Shown piece after piece: positions 38,579 through 51,494 of a DNA stretch of 64,000 nt. The DNA is from Lepidodermella squamata (Eukaryota; Animalia; Gastrotricha), in contig JBLDXI010000024.1 in NCBI GenBank assembly GCA_047495785.1, positions 248,001 to 312,000 on the forward strand. The letters are read 5' to 3'. The notes under the pieces were generated by a model. The model had not been told where the DNA came from. It searched no databases and saw only the letters and a program-made list of their open reading frames with translations. The first letter of the stretch is position 1; the number at the start of each line of letters is the position of its first letter. Both the position numbers and the translations under genes were made by a program.

Positions 38579-41500
38579 ATGAGTGAATACGACGCAGCTC
38601 TGCACGAAGATGGCAACAGCTCGATCGCTATAGATAATTCAGTGGTGAATTCTCCTCCCTTGCCGTTTGTCGTCGATGAGCAGCGCGTCATTGTCCACCG
38701 CGTTGATTTCGCCTCGAAAACCATATTTTTGACCACAGAACTTGAGATTCGAGTTCAATATGGCTACCCGGGTGTTACGAAAGGCTCAGTCGGCTTGAAT
38801 TGTCGTCAAGCTGCGATTATGGCAGTTCGAGTGAATGGCGATGCGACCTCTTCGTTTACCTACGCAGACCCTTGGACTCTAACCGACGGCTATTCTGAAG
38901 AAGGCGGAGGGGACGAGGCGCCGCCACGGGACCATGTTGAACTTGCGCAAAGGATGGCGACAATTTCCGATGCCTCGGACCCTGATAGCAATAACGGGGA
39001 GTTATGGATTTTAAATCTGTTAAGACCGCCGATCGACGACCTGCTAGCCGAGCAAGACGCTGATAACTCTGAAGTTGACGAGGCTATCCTAGAGTGGAGC
39101 TCAATGACCATCGCTATCGACTACGTGCTTGAACAGCCGGAAAGTGGGCTGATTTTCGTGTTACCCAAGGGCGGGCACGATGGCAGTAATGAGTCGTTGA
39201 TCCAACGCGGAGCTCATGTTTACACGACTTCAACGTCCTGCGCTCGCGATTGGCTGCCCTGCCTCGACTCGCCTAATTCGCTGTGCCGCTGGCGACTTGA
39301 ATTTCACCTGCCGCCGCCTCTTATCGCCGTGTCTTGCGGCGAGCAACTGCCAGTTCAATCCGACCCGGAATCAGTCCTAGCAGATAGAACCCACACGTTT
39401 ACGTTGACGCTGCCTGTTCCGGCGAGCTTGATCGGTTTTGCGATTGGCGCGTTCGAATCAGTTACTGATGAGCACATGAACGAGATCCAGCACTTCTGCC
39501 CACCTGGTGGCATTGTCAGTTTGCTGGAGCCGACGACCGATTGCTTGCAGACTGTGTTTGAGTTTTTCGAGGAGAACCTGGCGTGTACTTACCCATTTCC
39601 AGCTTACCGCCAAGTTTTTGTCCACTCGCCTCCGCAGCAGGTGTTGTCATTTGCGACGCTTTCAATCATCTCAGCCGCAACTCTGACGGGCAGCGATTCG
39701 ATTGAAGGCCAGATTGCGACCAGGCGGCTTCATGCGGAAGCTCTTGCAAGGTTAGCTATTGAACATTTCGATTTTAAAGATAATGACTGTCTCCACCCAT
39801 GAGTAAAGCAAGAAACGAAAATGCATGGAAAATGGCGGCCCAATTTTTTAAAACATTAACGGTCACCCTTTATCGTCGAAGTGGCATTTCTGCCAAGTGA
39901 TTTTCTTAATTCAGTTATCTGGCAGCGCATTTTAAGATACTTATTGCCATCACTGACCTCTTCCAGTGGTGGGCCGATGGGGGGTGGGCAGCGTCCCACT
40001 CTGCCAATACGCCACTCGATCGCCCTAGTCCAGTACATCTCAAATATATATTATTTAGTCATATGCTGTATCATCAGCATAACGCATAACACCATGTACG
40101 AGCAAATAACCGAATTTAAATTTAATCCTGAATAATGCTAACAAGGCTGATTTATGTAAACAACGGTAGTTTTCAGCAAATGCTAAAAATGACGGAACAA
40201 TAATGTTCAATGCTGTCGAGAAGACCGATCGTAACTAGTTTCTCAGCAGTCGGTGCGAAAGGGCGGTCGTCACGAACGACAACTTTGCAGCTGTGCTTGA
40301 TTACCCGCACTTCACGTTTGTAGAGCATGGCATAAACTAGTCTCCAAGCGGCTCGAAGGTGGACCTGAGATTCAATCGGAAAGCTTCGCGGTACATTGTC
40401 GGTTTCACCGTCGGCTCGACTGCAAACTCTTCTGGCCGCTCTGACCAGTCGATAGCGATGTTGAGCATTACTTGCAGCAAGCACTTGAAACAAACGCGTG
40501 TCTCCTCGGCCTTCATAACGCAGTTGGTCGCCTCGAGCCCGTTGTTTGCGGGACAGAACGGTGAAGCGCCTTCAAACCAATTTACCAATTTCCCGCACAT
40601 GTAGATTGTAGATTGAAGTAATCGACGAAATCTTGCAAACCTTCACCCTTCTACGATTCAATCGCCAACTCTGAAGGCTGATCAAATTCTTCATCCGAAA
40701 TTGCCCTTTGGATGTAATTCAAAATTAACCGAACCTTCAGAAATGTTTGCCGTCTGGAAGCGCCGAAAAATTTCTTGACGTTTGACATAACATGGAAGTA
40801 ACACATGAGGCGGATCGCTTTTCGCCGAAACTTTCGCAGGGCAACCGTGATATAGTATATAGCGGGATAAAGTGTTATTGATGAAAAAAGAGTAACTCAC
40901 AAATACCTGGATTTCACAGCTGTTCTTCTTGTTTTAAAATTTGAGTCATAATTCAAGGGAAAATCTTGAAAAATACCGTTAAATATCGTTAGCGACGCGC
41001 CAAAACAACCACTTTGATGACTCATTCGATCGTACTTTGACGAGCCGAACGTAAAGAAGGAGTACGTTCGGCTTTTTGAGCACTGATCGTACTTATCGTA
41101 ATTTGAATTTACGTTCAAGAGTCGAACGTACTTTCCATAAAAAAGCTATAAATAGTAAAGTGGTTGTTTTGGCGCGTCGCTAACGATATGAGTATCGGAA
41201 AATTTCCAAAAATCAGGAATCACATTGCCCACCTAGGGTTTCATTGTTTTCATAATTTGATGAGCAAAGGCTGATTTTTAACTTTCGAACTTCACCTCAT
41301 TTTACTCTTTCTAGGCAGTATTTCGGCTGCATTGTTCTCGCTGAACCTGGCCCTGCAACTCTGACGAGTAAGCTCAGTCCCAGTTGGTGGCTTGTTCCTT
41401 CGCTGGCTCGATTCGCCGCATCGCTGTACGCAAGACGCGCTTTCGGCAACAACGAGGATAAATACTGGGTCGCGACAGAAAACACCGCCCTAGCTGATTT

Positions 41501-43958
41501 CGAACTAAACCGCCTTAATGGCGCCGCTCTCCGCCTCGACGTTGAAACAACGGCGTTCGAAGCCGAACCCTTGGCTGATATGGCCGTGCGAAAAGGCTGT
41601 CTTGTGCTAAGATTAGTCGAGCTGAAAATCTCGCACGAGCGATTTTTGCACGTTCTCTCAGTTTTGCTGGCGAAATCAGCTAAACGTGAGCTATCCATCC
41701 TAACTCGGGCTGAATTCGTTCAAAACGTCTTGAATATCAGTGGAAATCAAGTTGGCGAGTTCATGAACCGATTTGAAGGTTCCGCATCGATACGCCTCGT
41801 CGCCCGATATGCGTACAGCCGGCGGCGAAGCGCGCTTCAAGTCCAACTTCAGCAACAAAACGGGCCAACGATGTACGCTGGGCCGGTTTCGCTGGCGATT
41901 CAGGAAATGGACGGTCATTTCCCGCACGTGGTCCAAATATCAGGCCGAACTGTATCGGTCGAGTTGCCGATTCATTCGAAGCCGAAAAAGACGAGGAAAA
42001 GGCGGGTTGTGATGAGTAGCGGTGAAGAAATCGATATAGATCTGACCGGGGCTGATCTCGACTGTGTCATGTTGTGGCTGAGAGTCGACCCAAATTTCGC
42101 CCTATTACGGGCCTCAGCTGTCATCCACCAGCCAGATTACGGCTGGCAGTTTCAGTTGGAACTTGACCGCGATATTTGCGGGCAACTTGATGCAGCTACT
42201 GCCTTAAAAATGTTTCCGACCCCGGCCGCCCGGGCTCGCCTCGAATCAGCGATAATGAACGACCAGTTTTTCTACAGAGTTCGAAGCGCTGCTGCCCTGT
42301 CAATGGCTGACAATTTGATTCTATCCGCTGCAAACGCCCTGGCCAACAGCGGCGGAGTGCCGGTGCCTATGTCTGCTCAACCCCTGATTTTGCTATTTCG
42401 ACGACTTTTCGCTAGCCGAAATTACTCGCAAGCGCCTCGGCCGAACAATTTCGCTAATATTCAGTCATATTTTGTGCAGCAAGCGCTTGTTGAAGCGATA
42501 TCACGCTGCCAATGCCGAGACGCTGTCGACTTTTTAGTTTCGCTGTTGACTTACAACGACAATTCTCGGAATAAATTCTCAGATTCTACGTACATCGGCC
42601 ATTTGTGTAAAGAATTAGCGAAATGTTTGACCCTGTCTCCGGAGCGTATGGGCCTGTCCGAGACCACAGCCGGTAATTTGAACCTAGCCCCTACCGCGCC
42701 GCCTGGCATTGTCGTCAACGAAGTTGTGACACGGCTGAATATTGACACGTTGCCATCGCCAACTGCCGGTTTCGTGGTGACTCGGTCGTGTTTGACGGCT
42801 CTGAGGCACGTTCAAAAAATGGGCTATCTGCCGAACAATGCGCACTTTTTCGCGCCTTACATCGGTTTTTCGAACTCGAAGCGCAAGGGAGGCATTTTTC
42901 CAGAGTTGAGGTTTGAAGCGTTCCGGTGCCTGGTCGAGTGCATCCTGACCAGTGAGGATAACGAGGAGGAATCTGCTGCGGATTATTTTTCAGGTATTAA
43001 CCTAACAATTTCGAAATTTCGAAATGAGTCAACAAATATTTGTAACTAAAATATTTGTAACACTAAAAATGATGTTCCAGCACTAAAAATAAGCGCCTAG
43101 GCTACATTTTTCAATTTTTTTGCGATATCGGCTTTTCGTTTGTTGATCGATAGTAACATCCTCCCTGAACCCGCTATTTTGAGATTTCACAAGCCGATTG
43201 ATATCGGAAAAATCACTGATTTGTAAAATCGATACTTGAATTCGATATTGGCTCTGCCGGATGAAGTAATACTCGTAAACTGACCGCTCATAGCGCAAAA
43301 TACGCGTTATATGAAGATGTATCGGCTAGGAAAGATCGAGATTCTAGTTAGGACGTGGAACTCGAGAAAACATATTTTGGAGAAATCTAGCGCTAAAGCT
43401 TCAAATTTAGTGCTGGAACCCGAAATTTAGGGTGCGCACTTGTTACGCCCTTTCGAAATTTCGTAGAAATCGATGATAATTTTTTATTTTATTTCAGAAT
43501 CCATCTTAGACTTGGCATCTCGTGATGAAGACCTAGCGTTTAGATTCGCTGTCGTAAATCATTTGATAGCCGAGGCGCAGAGACGGCCCGCCCCCGGGGA
43601 GAAAAAGCGGGCTGCAACTCACGCCTTGCTCTGCCGCCTCTTGCCATGCGAGCGGCTTTGGAACGTAGTTTTGACAGCGAATGACATACGGCTACGAGCT
43701 CGTTTCGCTGCTTTATTCAAAGCTCTTTATAGCAACGAGGCTATCGAGCTGATCGAGAGTGCGGATGATCGCAACATTTCGGCGGCTATGCATACGAGCC
43801 ACGATGGCTTCTCGCTATCTCCTGCGCCTATTGCGAAGAAGAAGTCGAAAAAGGACAAGTCCGGGCATGACCAGTCTTCGGAACAGCCGTGGAACGCGAA
43901 TCCTACGTCACTGCTCGACGACGAAGACAACGACGATGACATGTGCTTTTTTGACTGA
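38579..43958 (+). CDS. TAF2: Transcription initiation factor TFIID subunit 2, 3 exons
   Basis: Exons 38579-39750, 41315-42993 and 43498-43958. M1-aminopeptidase-like motifs typical of TAF2: LNCRQ, ARDWLPCLD, AVSCGEQ, FEFFEENLACTYPF, ALARQYFGC, IQEMDGHF, LWLRVDP, QPDYGWQFQL..DRDICGQ, FYRVR, PRPNNF and YNDNSRNKFSD. Confidence 0.92.
40140..40830 (-). pseudogene. Decayed Mutator-like (MULE) transposase fragment in TAF2 intron 1
   Basis: Minus-strand translation gives AIRLMCYFHVMSNVKK (CxxH), then AIES*KGEGLQDFVDYF (stop at 40651-40653), a frameshift, NWFEGASPFCPANNGLEATNCVMK ((T)NNxxE catalytic-Glu motif), and a SWIM-like remnant AFAENYRCLH at about 40150-40185. Confidence 0.78.
40983..41189. 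mobile_element. 207-bp MITE with perfect 33-bp terminal inverted repeats
   Basis: ATATCGTTAGCGACGCGCCAAAACAACCACTTT at 40983-41015 and its exact reverse complement at 41157-41189. The terminal ATAT or TA may be the target-site duplication. Internal 11-bp hairpin AGCCGAACGTA/TACGTTCGGCT. Confidence 0.9.
43055..43445. mobile_element. Degenerate MITE-like insertion in TAF2 intron 2
   Basis: A 14-bp inverted repeat, GTTCCAGCACTAAA (43074-43087) and TTTAGTGCTGGAAC (43406-43419), with weaker outward extension. The host intron is about ten times the modal length. Confidence 0.45.
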
Positions 43959-46805
43959 TCCATAATTTTTCATTCCATCGCTTGAGTCGAAGAATAAACT
44001 GCATAAATTATGAAGAACTGTTTTTCAGCCTTTTTATGTATATTTTTTTCATCTTTAGAATTCAAATGCAGCAGAACTTGAGCGGTAGAAATATATTTAT
44101 TGATTACTGTGCAGGATTACGGAGGCACGACAGTCTTTAACGATGGAAGAGCTGGAAGAGCCCGAAAATTTTCAATTTTCCAAAGTGTTTTCCAATGAGA
44201 GTTTATTCATGTGCTTTGGCATGGATTTTAAAAAAAATCTGCCTTAATTATTTATAATTTTACAGCTAAATGTTGCAACTCGTTACGCCCGACTAAAATT
44301 GAACCCTCGATAGAAAGAAAGACACGCTAAAACTTACGAGCAGAATAAGCTAGCCTTTTTTATCTGTTTTCTTAGTTTATATCGATTCGGCTCGATGAGG
44401 ATCTAAAATAATCACCTAGTTGGAAGAACCCAGGTCTATGCATTTGCATGTCTAAAATTTGCGATTTTGCCATTCTAGCGGTAAAATAATTGGACCTTGG
44501 AATAGATGAGTCATTTCGTTTGATTATTTACCAAGTTTCTTAAATTAAAAATCTTAGCTGTTTCTTTGCGGAAACACGTTACACAGACCGGCTAATTATT
44601 GTGTGTAAAAGGCGTAACAAAAATAGCGCCTCAGATATATCGTTTACTCTGCCGTGTCCTCGCTGAGGTTGACAGTGCGGTCAAGTTTGCGAAGTTGCTT
44701 GCTTCGCGGGTTTCAACAACTGCTGCTGGTCCGGGGAGTGGCATCCACTGTCTCAGCGGCCCCAGTAGCACTTTCTCGCAGTAGATGAGAAAAGCTAACA
44801 GTGCCTATGCAACTTAGCCGCAGTCCAAGTAGCGTGTCGCTCTTGCTCAAACAAATGCGGTTTGGGGCGAGAGCTACTTGACCAAACGTGATCTCAGCTC
44901 GGCAATGCTGTGCGCGGAATCGTCGCAGGCAGCTGCGCTAAAAAAAGCCGCCGTGGATTGCAATTTTATTGCTCGATCAACAAAGGTGTTCGCAACCTGG
45001 TCCATCAATAATTATTCACCAGTGAATTTTCTATATCCGTCGATCACACGCGCCCGCCTTACAACAATAAAACGCTGCCGCAACACGCTAAACAACAATA
45101 ACAAAGCTCGGTCTGATTTATTATTAGCTCCGGAACGTGATGGCATGTTAATTTTTAAAACGTCTATTATGCTCGGCTTCGAGCTCGCGCCGCGATTTGC
45201 GATGATATTAATAGAACAGGAAACACGGCGGTCTGTGTGATGTCACTCTGGCTATTTTTGCCACTAGCCTGCATGTAGCCATTGTTAAACATTTTCAATG
45301 TCAACAATTGTTTTTTCCTCTCCCGCTCGTTTTTCGCCCATTGTAATGGGCCGTTGTTGTTGTTTTCACATTGTCTTCTGTCATTTTATTTATGCGAGAA
45401 AATAGGTGGCAATTTCGCAGCAAATTGACTACGTAAATTGTTGGCTTTTTGGTCACCTCGGCTTCCTGTCGCCGTGCCACTCGCGGGTGATGCATCTGTG
45501 CTAATTGTTTACCCAATTTTCAATTCCAAAACCATCGCACATATCGAAGTTCTTCAGCGCGCATGCGCGTATTATTAATATAACGTGCTGCTGCCTTTTT
45601 TGCGACAAAGTTTACCCGATGATATCGACAGCGGAGCAAACATTGCCGCGGAATCGATAGAGTCTCGCGAGCCATCACAGTAGGGAAGAGAGATATATTA
45701 CACTACGAAGAAGTGCGCGCCGATATTCTTGTCGACTATTATAAAAAACATCGGTTGCTCTATAATGTTAACGAGCAAAATAATAATGATGATGATATTA
45801 TGACGCATCTGCGAGCTGCTGTGTCAAAAACAAAACAATAATTGGCACAAATAATAGGCGCACACCTTCGCGCGCGCGCACCTGTTCGGCTACTTTGTGT
45901 TGACTCACTTTTGCGCGAGGCAACTTTTTTATCTACTGTCGTCATGAGGCGCCTTTTTGCAAGTTATGCCGCCATATATAGTACTGTTAACGCAGAACGC
46001 TCGAGTAAAAGATGTCTCGTGCCGCGGTTAAACGTGTTTGCGCACCCGGCCGTGTAGCGTCTCCGCAGGCGCGTACGCGCATAAAAAGTCGGCGCGTCTG
46101 CGCTTGGCTCGCGGTCAGCATTTGGTACCTGAAGACGCGCCGTGTCATCGTTTCTACCTTGTTGTCTCTCTTTGAAACTTCTTTCGGTATTGCGCGGTTA
46201 CTTCTTGTCTTAGGTATCTGTGGCAGCTCTTGTTTTAATAGGACGACGATACGATATTTCTGTTGCTCGTGCGCGCGGTCGGTAGCTTGTTCTTGTTTAT
46301 AACATCGTTTGCAGCGCACGGTTGTTGATGTTGTTGTTGTTGAGTCGATGTCTCAGGTAAACGAGCGGCGCGGCAGCGAAAAGTCGATGACATGCGATAT
46401 CGCATCTTCACAGCAGCCGGGCGTTTTATTGGTATTACTCTCAAATAGCAATAATAGCGATGGGCCTATATCTATGTCTTTTGTCCTCACTTTACCGTCC
46501 TGATTCGAAGATGTCCGATGAACGGACGCCACCACGCCCAAAAGACAACACAAAACGAAGTACATGGGTGCGTTTTATTATTAATGGAAGCTTCATCAGC
46601 GTCCATTCGCCAATACGCGCACGTGCGCTGCGACAAACGTCGATTTTCGCCTATCTCCTCACTGTTTATTCTTGTGATTGCTGCTGCTACCCATATCATC
46701 GTTCTTCGTCTAGCAATACTTTCGCTAAAACAATATTCGTTTGTATAGGCGGGAAAATGATTCCTAACAGAATTTGATGCCGAGATTTTTAATAAGCCTC
46801 AGAAA

Positions 46806-49800
46806 ATGATTACCGAGCGTTGGTTAGGCCTAGCCTCGGTAGTTGCGCTTTTCCTGCTCATTCCCACTCCAGCTGAATCATCCGAAACGACTACCGCAAA
46901 TCCTTATTTTTGTAAGTTTAATCAAATTGACCTGGTTTGAAATCAATCATTGTTGTTTTAGATGTTGCTTGCGATCAAGTAAGCACATACCGCATATGTT
47001 TTTCAAGACAAGTCTCGTCATACGTGCCTGATAATCTTTGCTCGGAATGGGCTATCGCCTCAGTATCAACTTGGTCGGTTTCGGAACGCCTCGGCCGCCT
47101 TTTACGGTCATCTGACGCCGCCGAGGCGTGGATCGGTGTCGCACCTCGGCGCGTGCCTTGGGGCTGGATCAGCGCTGCCTTTTTCGTACTCGGCCAGCCA
47201 GCGTCGCGTATCGGCAAAAATCCTGTCCTAGAACTGGAAACTCAGGGCTGTTGGGCTGACGACACGCCGACGCCAATGATTGCGGGGAAAACTGGAGGTC
47301 AGCTTTGGAAAACGCTTGCTAATCAATCGAGGCGTGACCTCAATGGACCTGTCACCTTCAATATATCACAGGCAGATTGCGCCCGGCAATGCGGCGATCT
47401 CGCTATCTACGATTACTACGGCATTAGGGTTAGTTCGAGTTCATTTTCTGGTTTCCAACTATTTCAAGATTTTTCGTTTCCTTTAGACTGGACCTGATGG
47501 TTTGGTTACATGCCTATGCGGTGATTCATTTGGAAGTTACGGCCCCGCTTATGACTGCGTTCCCCATACCTTGAGTTCAAATTTGGTTTACCGGCTCAGG
47601 GGTGCCTACAGCAACTGGGCATCGGGCCAGCCACGCGGTGATGGCTGCGCCTATTTATCCAAAATCGAGCGCGCGTGGATGGTCAGCGACTGCTTCCAGC
47701 CACGCAGCTTCATCTGCCAGTTCCCGGACCTCGCCCTGTGCGACGATGCGCAGAAGAGCGGCAATAACAACGGCAAAACGCCGCGCTATTTCCGCCTGGC
47801 AGGCCTTTGCTTCGGCGTCGTCTCGGACATTCGGTCGATGTGGCAAGACGCGCGCTACACCTGCCTGGCCTACAAGGGCGACCTGCCCGTTGTCATGGAC
47901 GCGAGTACCAACGAGCTGATCCTTTCGGTCGTTCAAGACGATATCTGGCTAGCACTGACTGATATCGCTTGGATGACACCAGAGAACGCGCCGTTATCTG
48001 TTACATTTTTCGATCCTAACTCGGTTGGGCCATCGCCTGAACCCGCCACAGCTCGGTCAGGGGAATTTCGATACACATTGCCGGGCAACAGATCGTCGGC
48101 TAATGTCGAAAGTTCGGTTATCAAATCGCCTATCGGCCGTTGCGTTTCAGTAAAAGTAGGTCAAGGCGATTTTTTTCAGCTCATTATGTTCATTCGTTTT
48201 AATTACAGCAAAACGGCCAATGGTCATTGAGATCTTGCACAGACCAGCTCAGTGGAATTTTCTGCAAATCTTTGCCGTTGGTCTCAAGTTTAAGTGCTCA
48301 GGAGCAGCTTCAAGAATTAATCTTCTCACAGGTAAATTTGCTGGTTTCGATAAATTATCGCACTCAATTTCGATTTTTTTAAGGTCGCGATCCCGGTGGC
48401 TATTGTTATTGCTTATATCGCACTTGTTTCAATTCTTGGCGGCGCCATTTGCTGCTTTTGTCGCAGGTATGATTCCATTGAATTATTCTAGCTTAAAAAA
48501 TTGCTTGCGCTTATGGGGGTTTTCAATTTAATTTCGGAATTCCAGGCGACATGAAATATCTGAAGCTTTAAAGGCCGTTCTTCCCTTTTACTTTGCTCGC
48601 TCCTTTGCCGGATTTGTTTTGATCAGAGTTTAAATTTTACTAATCTGAGCAATTTGTTATTTTATTTCAACCCGTTCTTAAATCGGCTTCAATTGCCAAC
48701 CTACCAAACAACCCTGGTTTTGCGTTTTGGCAACTCTGCTATTGTAGACGACCTTTGCCTAGACACATCATAGAAGGCAGGACTGATGCCATCAGTCAGT
48801 TCCACCGAAGCGTGTCCGACGAAGTTCTCGAACATGGCTCATCTGACATGGTGTCTAGCGACGTAGCGGTGGCTATAAGCTCTCAGCCTGAACACATCAT
48901 CCACCCAAGTGACTTGCCAACTTTCAACCAAGTCCAAAACGGTGATGTGCTGTCGAATGGCGGCACGATGAGTGTCATCCATGAACAGCCAGGTGCCGAG
49001 GATGAGGAAATGGCTAATCAGGAAGAGGGAGATTCAGCATACGTCAATACAATAACATCTGAAAATCGTCAAGATTTTGCTCCGGTCGCAACAATAAGTC
49101 ATTCAAACCAGGCGCTAGCCTACCGTTCCCCCTCCGCTGCGTCTGTCTCATCAGGCAGCTCAGACTCATCGAGCAGCAGCGGCGATGTCGCCGGCAGTTT
49201 TACCAACGAAAATGAGGTTCAAACGTCTTGCTGCGGCTGTTACCGGTTGGGTAGTGTTAGCGGCAGCCGAAGAGGCTCCGTCGTTCACCAGCCACCTCAG
49301 CCCGTCCTCCGGCCAACGCGGCAACGCAGCGCAAGAAGAGCTAGTCAAATCAATTACACTTTCACGGAGGGCCAAACTCCGCCGCAACCGAATAATATCG
49401 ACGAAGAGGAGGAGGAAGAGGATGAAGGCGTTTCAGCAGATGGTTACAACCTCAGAAATGATGACGATAAATCTGCCGCGTCCGGCTCGCCTCGGCACTT
49501 CAGCGATGAGACGCAAGCCACCCGCGTCGACAGCCCGCTATCGTCGCCAGCCGCCGACGAGGAAGAAGAAGCAGCCTCTGGGTATGCTAAGAGAAAACCT
49601 CGGCATGAACCATCGGCTTTACGCGTAAAACCGTCGTGGACAAGTATCTATCGCTAAATACCTATGCTGCTGCCTGTACATCCTATTATAAGCTTTATGT
49701 AGAACAGATTATAACTCGAAATCTAAAAGCTTAGGCGTGTGCCGCTTTGTTATATGTCTCTTTTCTTTCTTTTGCTCTATACTTTGGGCGTTGTAGCAAT

Positions 49801-50973
49801 GCGACGCGTCAAGTGCCACCGCCTTCACCAACCCAGCCACCCGCCGCAGCTTCTGGGTCAGAATCGAGCCTGGACGAGTCTTCCGTGACTCAGAAAGAAC
49901 CGATTTTAATTCGCGACCCGCGAAGCATTTTCATGGCGGCCGAGGCGCTACGCGAGCCAGAAGCGTACTCGCCGAACGAACACGTCGCTGTGATTTGTCC
50001 CCAGACAACTCACAAAAAGCAACCCCATTGCCACCACCAGCAGCAGCACAACCGTGGCTGTTGCCAGAAGCATCGATCGCGATCTGCCAGTAACAGTTCG
50101 TGCGCTAACGGTAACGTTTGCCGTGAATTCTCGCCCCCGCTTCCGCCAGTAACACTTGCCCAGCTTCAGCCACAGGCGTACATACACTCGGCGGCGTGTA
50201 ATAAGTGTATACTCGCTTCGTGTAGCCCAGGAGCTGCCGATAATCACATCAACAATTTATATGCAGCCAAAGTACGTCGCATGCCGACCTCCCGATAACT
50301 AATCATCATCGTCACGCCCATTCCTCATATAATCATAATTTTCCGATCCTTTTTTATTTTCAAAACTGCATGCTTTTACCATTTTCATTTCGTTTCAGCT
50401 TTAATCAGTATTATTATTTGCTTTTACCTTCAGTTAGTACCTATGTAGTCATCCTAGACGTCACTCATATTGCCAAAAATTATTGATTTTTTTGCGTATT
50501 GCAGCTACATCTCTACACCCGACACTAAGCGGAGATCAGCAGCAGTTATGAATCGAAACGACTTGTCAAATTCGCACTATAACAAGCAGCATCCAAGCGT
50601 GACAGCTACTCCCCTTTCTAGCGCGTTTCTTACCCCTGGTCAATCGGCCGAATCTTCATCCGCTAGGACTTCACCGTCAGAAAACGTCGCTCCAAATGAT
50701 GAGTACACGAACAATGCCATGGCGCTAAGCTATGCTATTCGGGCTGAACAACGAGAAAGCGACGGATCTTCGACAATTGAGGTGCAACACAGCTTCGCGG
50801 CGGCTCGGAATCTGTTGCAGGGTAAACTTGGCGGTGGCAATGCATCGAATAGACAGCCACAGCAGTCTCAATCTTCGAGGATACCGATTCCTCCTCCGCC
50901 TCCCCCTCCCCCGCCACCCTTACCAAGCGGCATCAACGTCGTTAGTCACACCGCTAGGGCTTTGGAATACTAA
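46806..50973 (+). CDS. Type I membrane protein: signal peptide, C-type lectin domain interrupted by a WSC domain, second C-type lectin domain, TM helix, long disordered tail with probable alternative C-termini
   Basis: ATG 46806 begins MITERWLGLASVVALFLLIPTPAES. In order: AEAWIGV; WSC-like QGCWADD...CARQCG..YDYYGI...CLCGD; YSNWASGQPRGDGCAYL...WMVSDCFQPRSFICQ; LCFGVV...WQDARYTC...IWLALTD...W...C...FCK; TM VAIPVAIVIAYIALVSILGGAICCFC at about 48384-48467. Confidence 0.75.
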
Positions 50974-51494
50974 TTATATCGCCATAATCTAACTATATTG
51001 TATCTCAAGTTCCCAAAATGTAAATAGTGCGTGTAATTTTCATGAAGTGCCAAATGATTAACTTCAAATCAGCTTCATCTACTCATCAGCCCAATCTTTA
51101 ACTTAGCTGTAATTTTTCAGATCGGTTTTATGAGAAAATGGCACCTTTTGTGTCTATTTGTTTCTGATGTCGCTTTGTTTAAGTGAAGAAAAATGAGCAA
51201 AGGACAATCATGATCGGCATGTTTATTTAATTTTAATCGTTATATTTACAAAGAAAATGCTGTTTGATCAAAACAACAATAATGAAGTATTATTTCTTCC
51301 ATATGAAATGGTAGTATGGAACGTGCCGCATTTTGTTGTGAATTTTGGAATTTTTAAAATAAAGGTGAACAGAATAAAATAAGGCTGCGCCACAGAGCAC
51401 TGGTTATTTTGTTTCCTTCCACAAATGAGACTGGACGCTCACTTATATGAACTACGCAAGCAAAATCACAGTAAATGCAATAGAGTAAAAGAGC

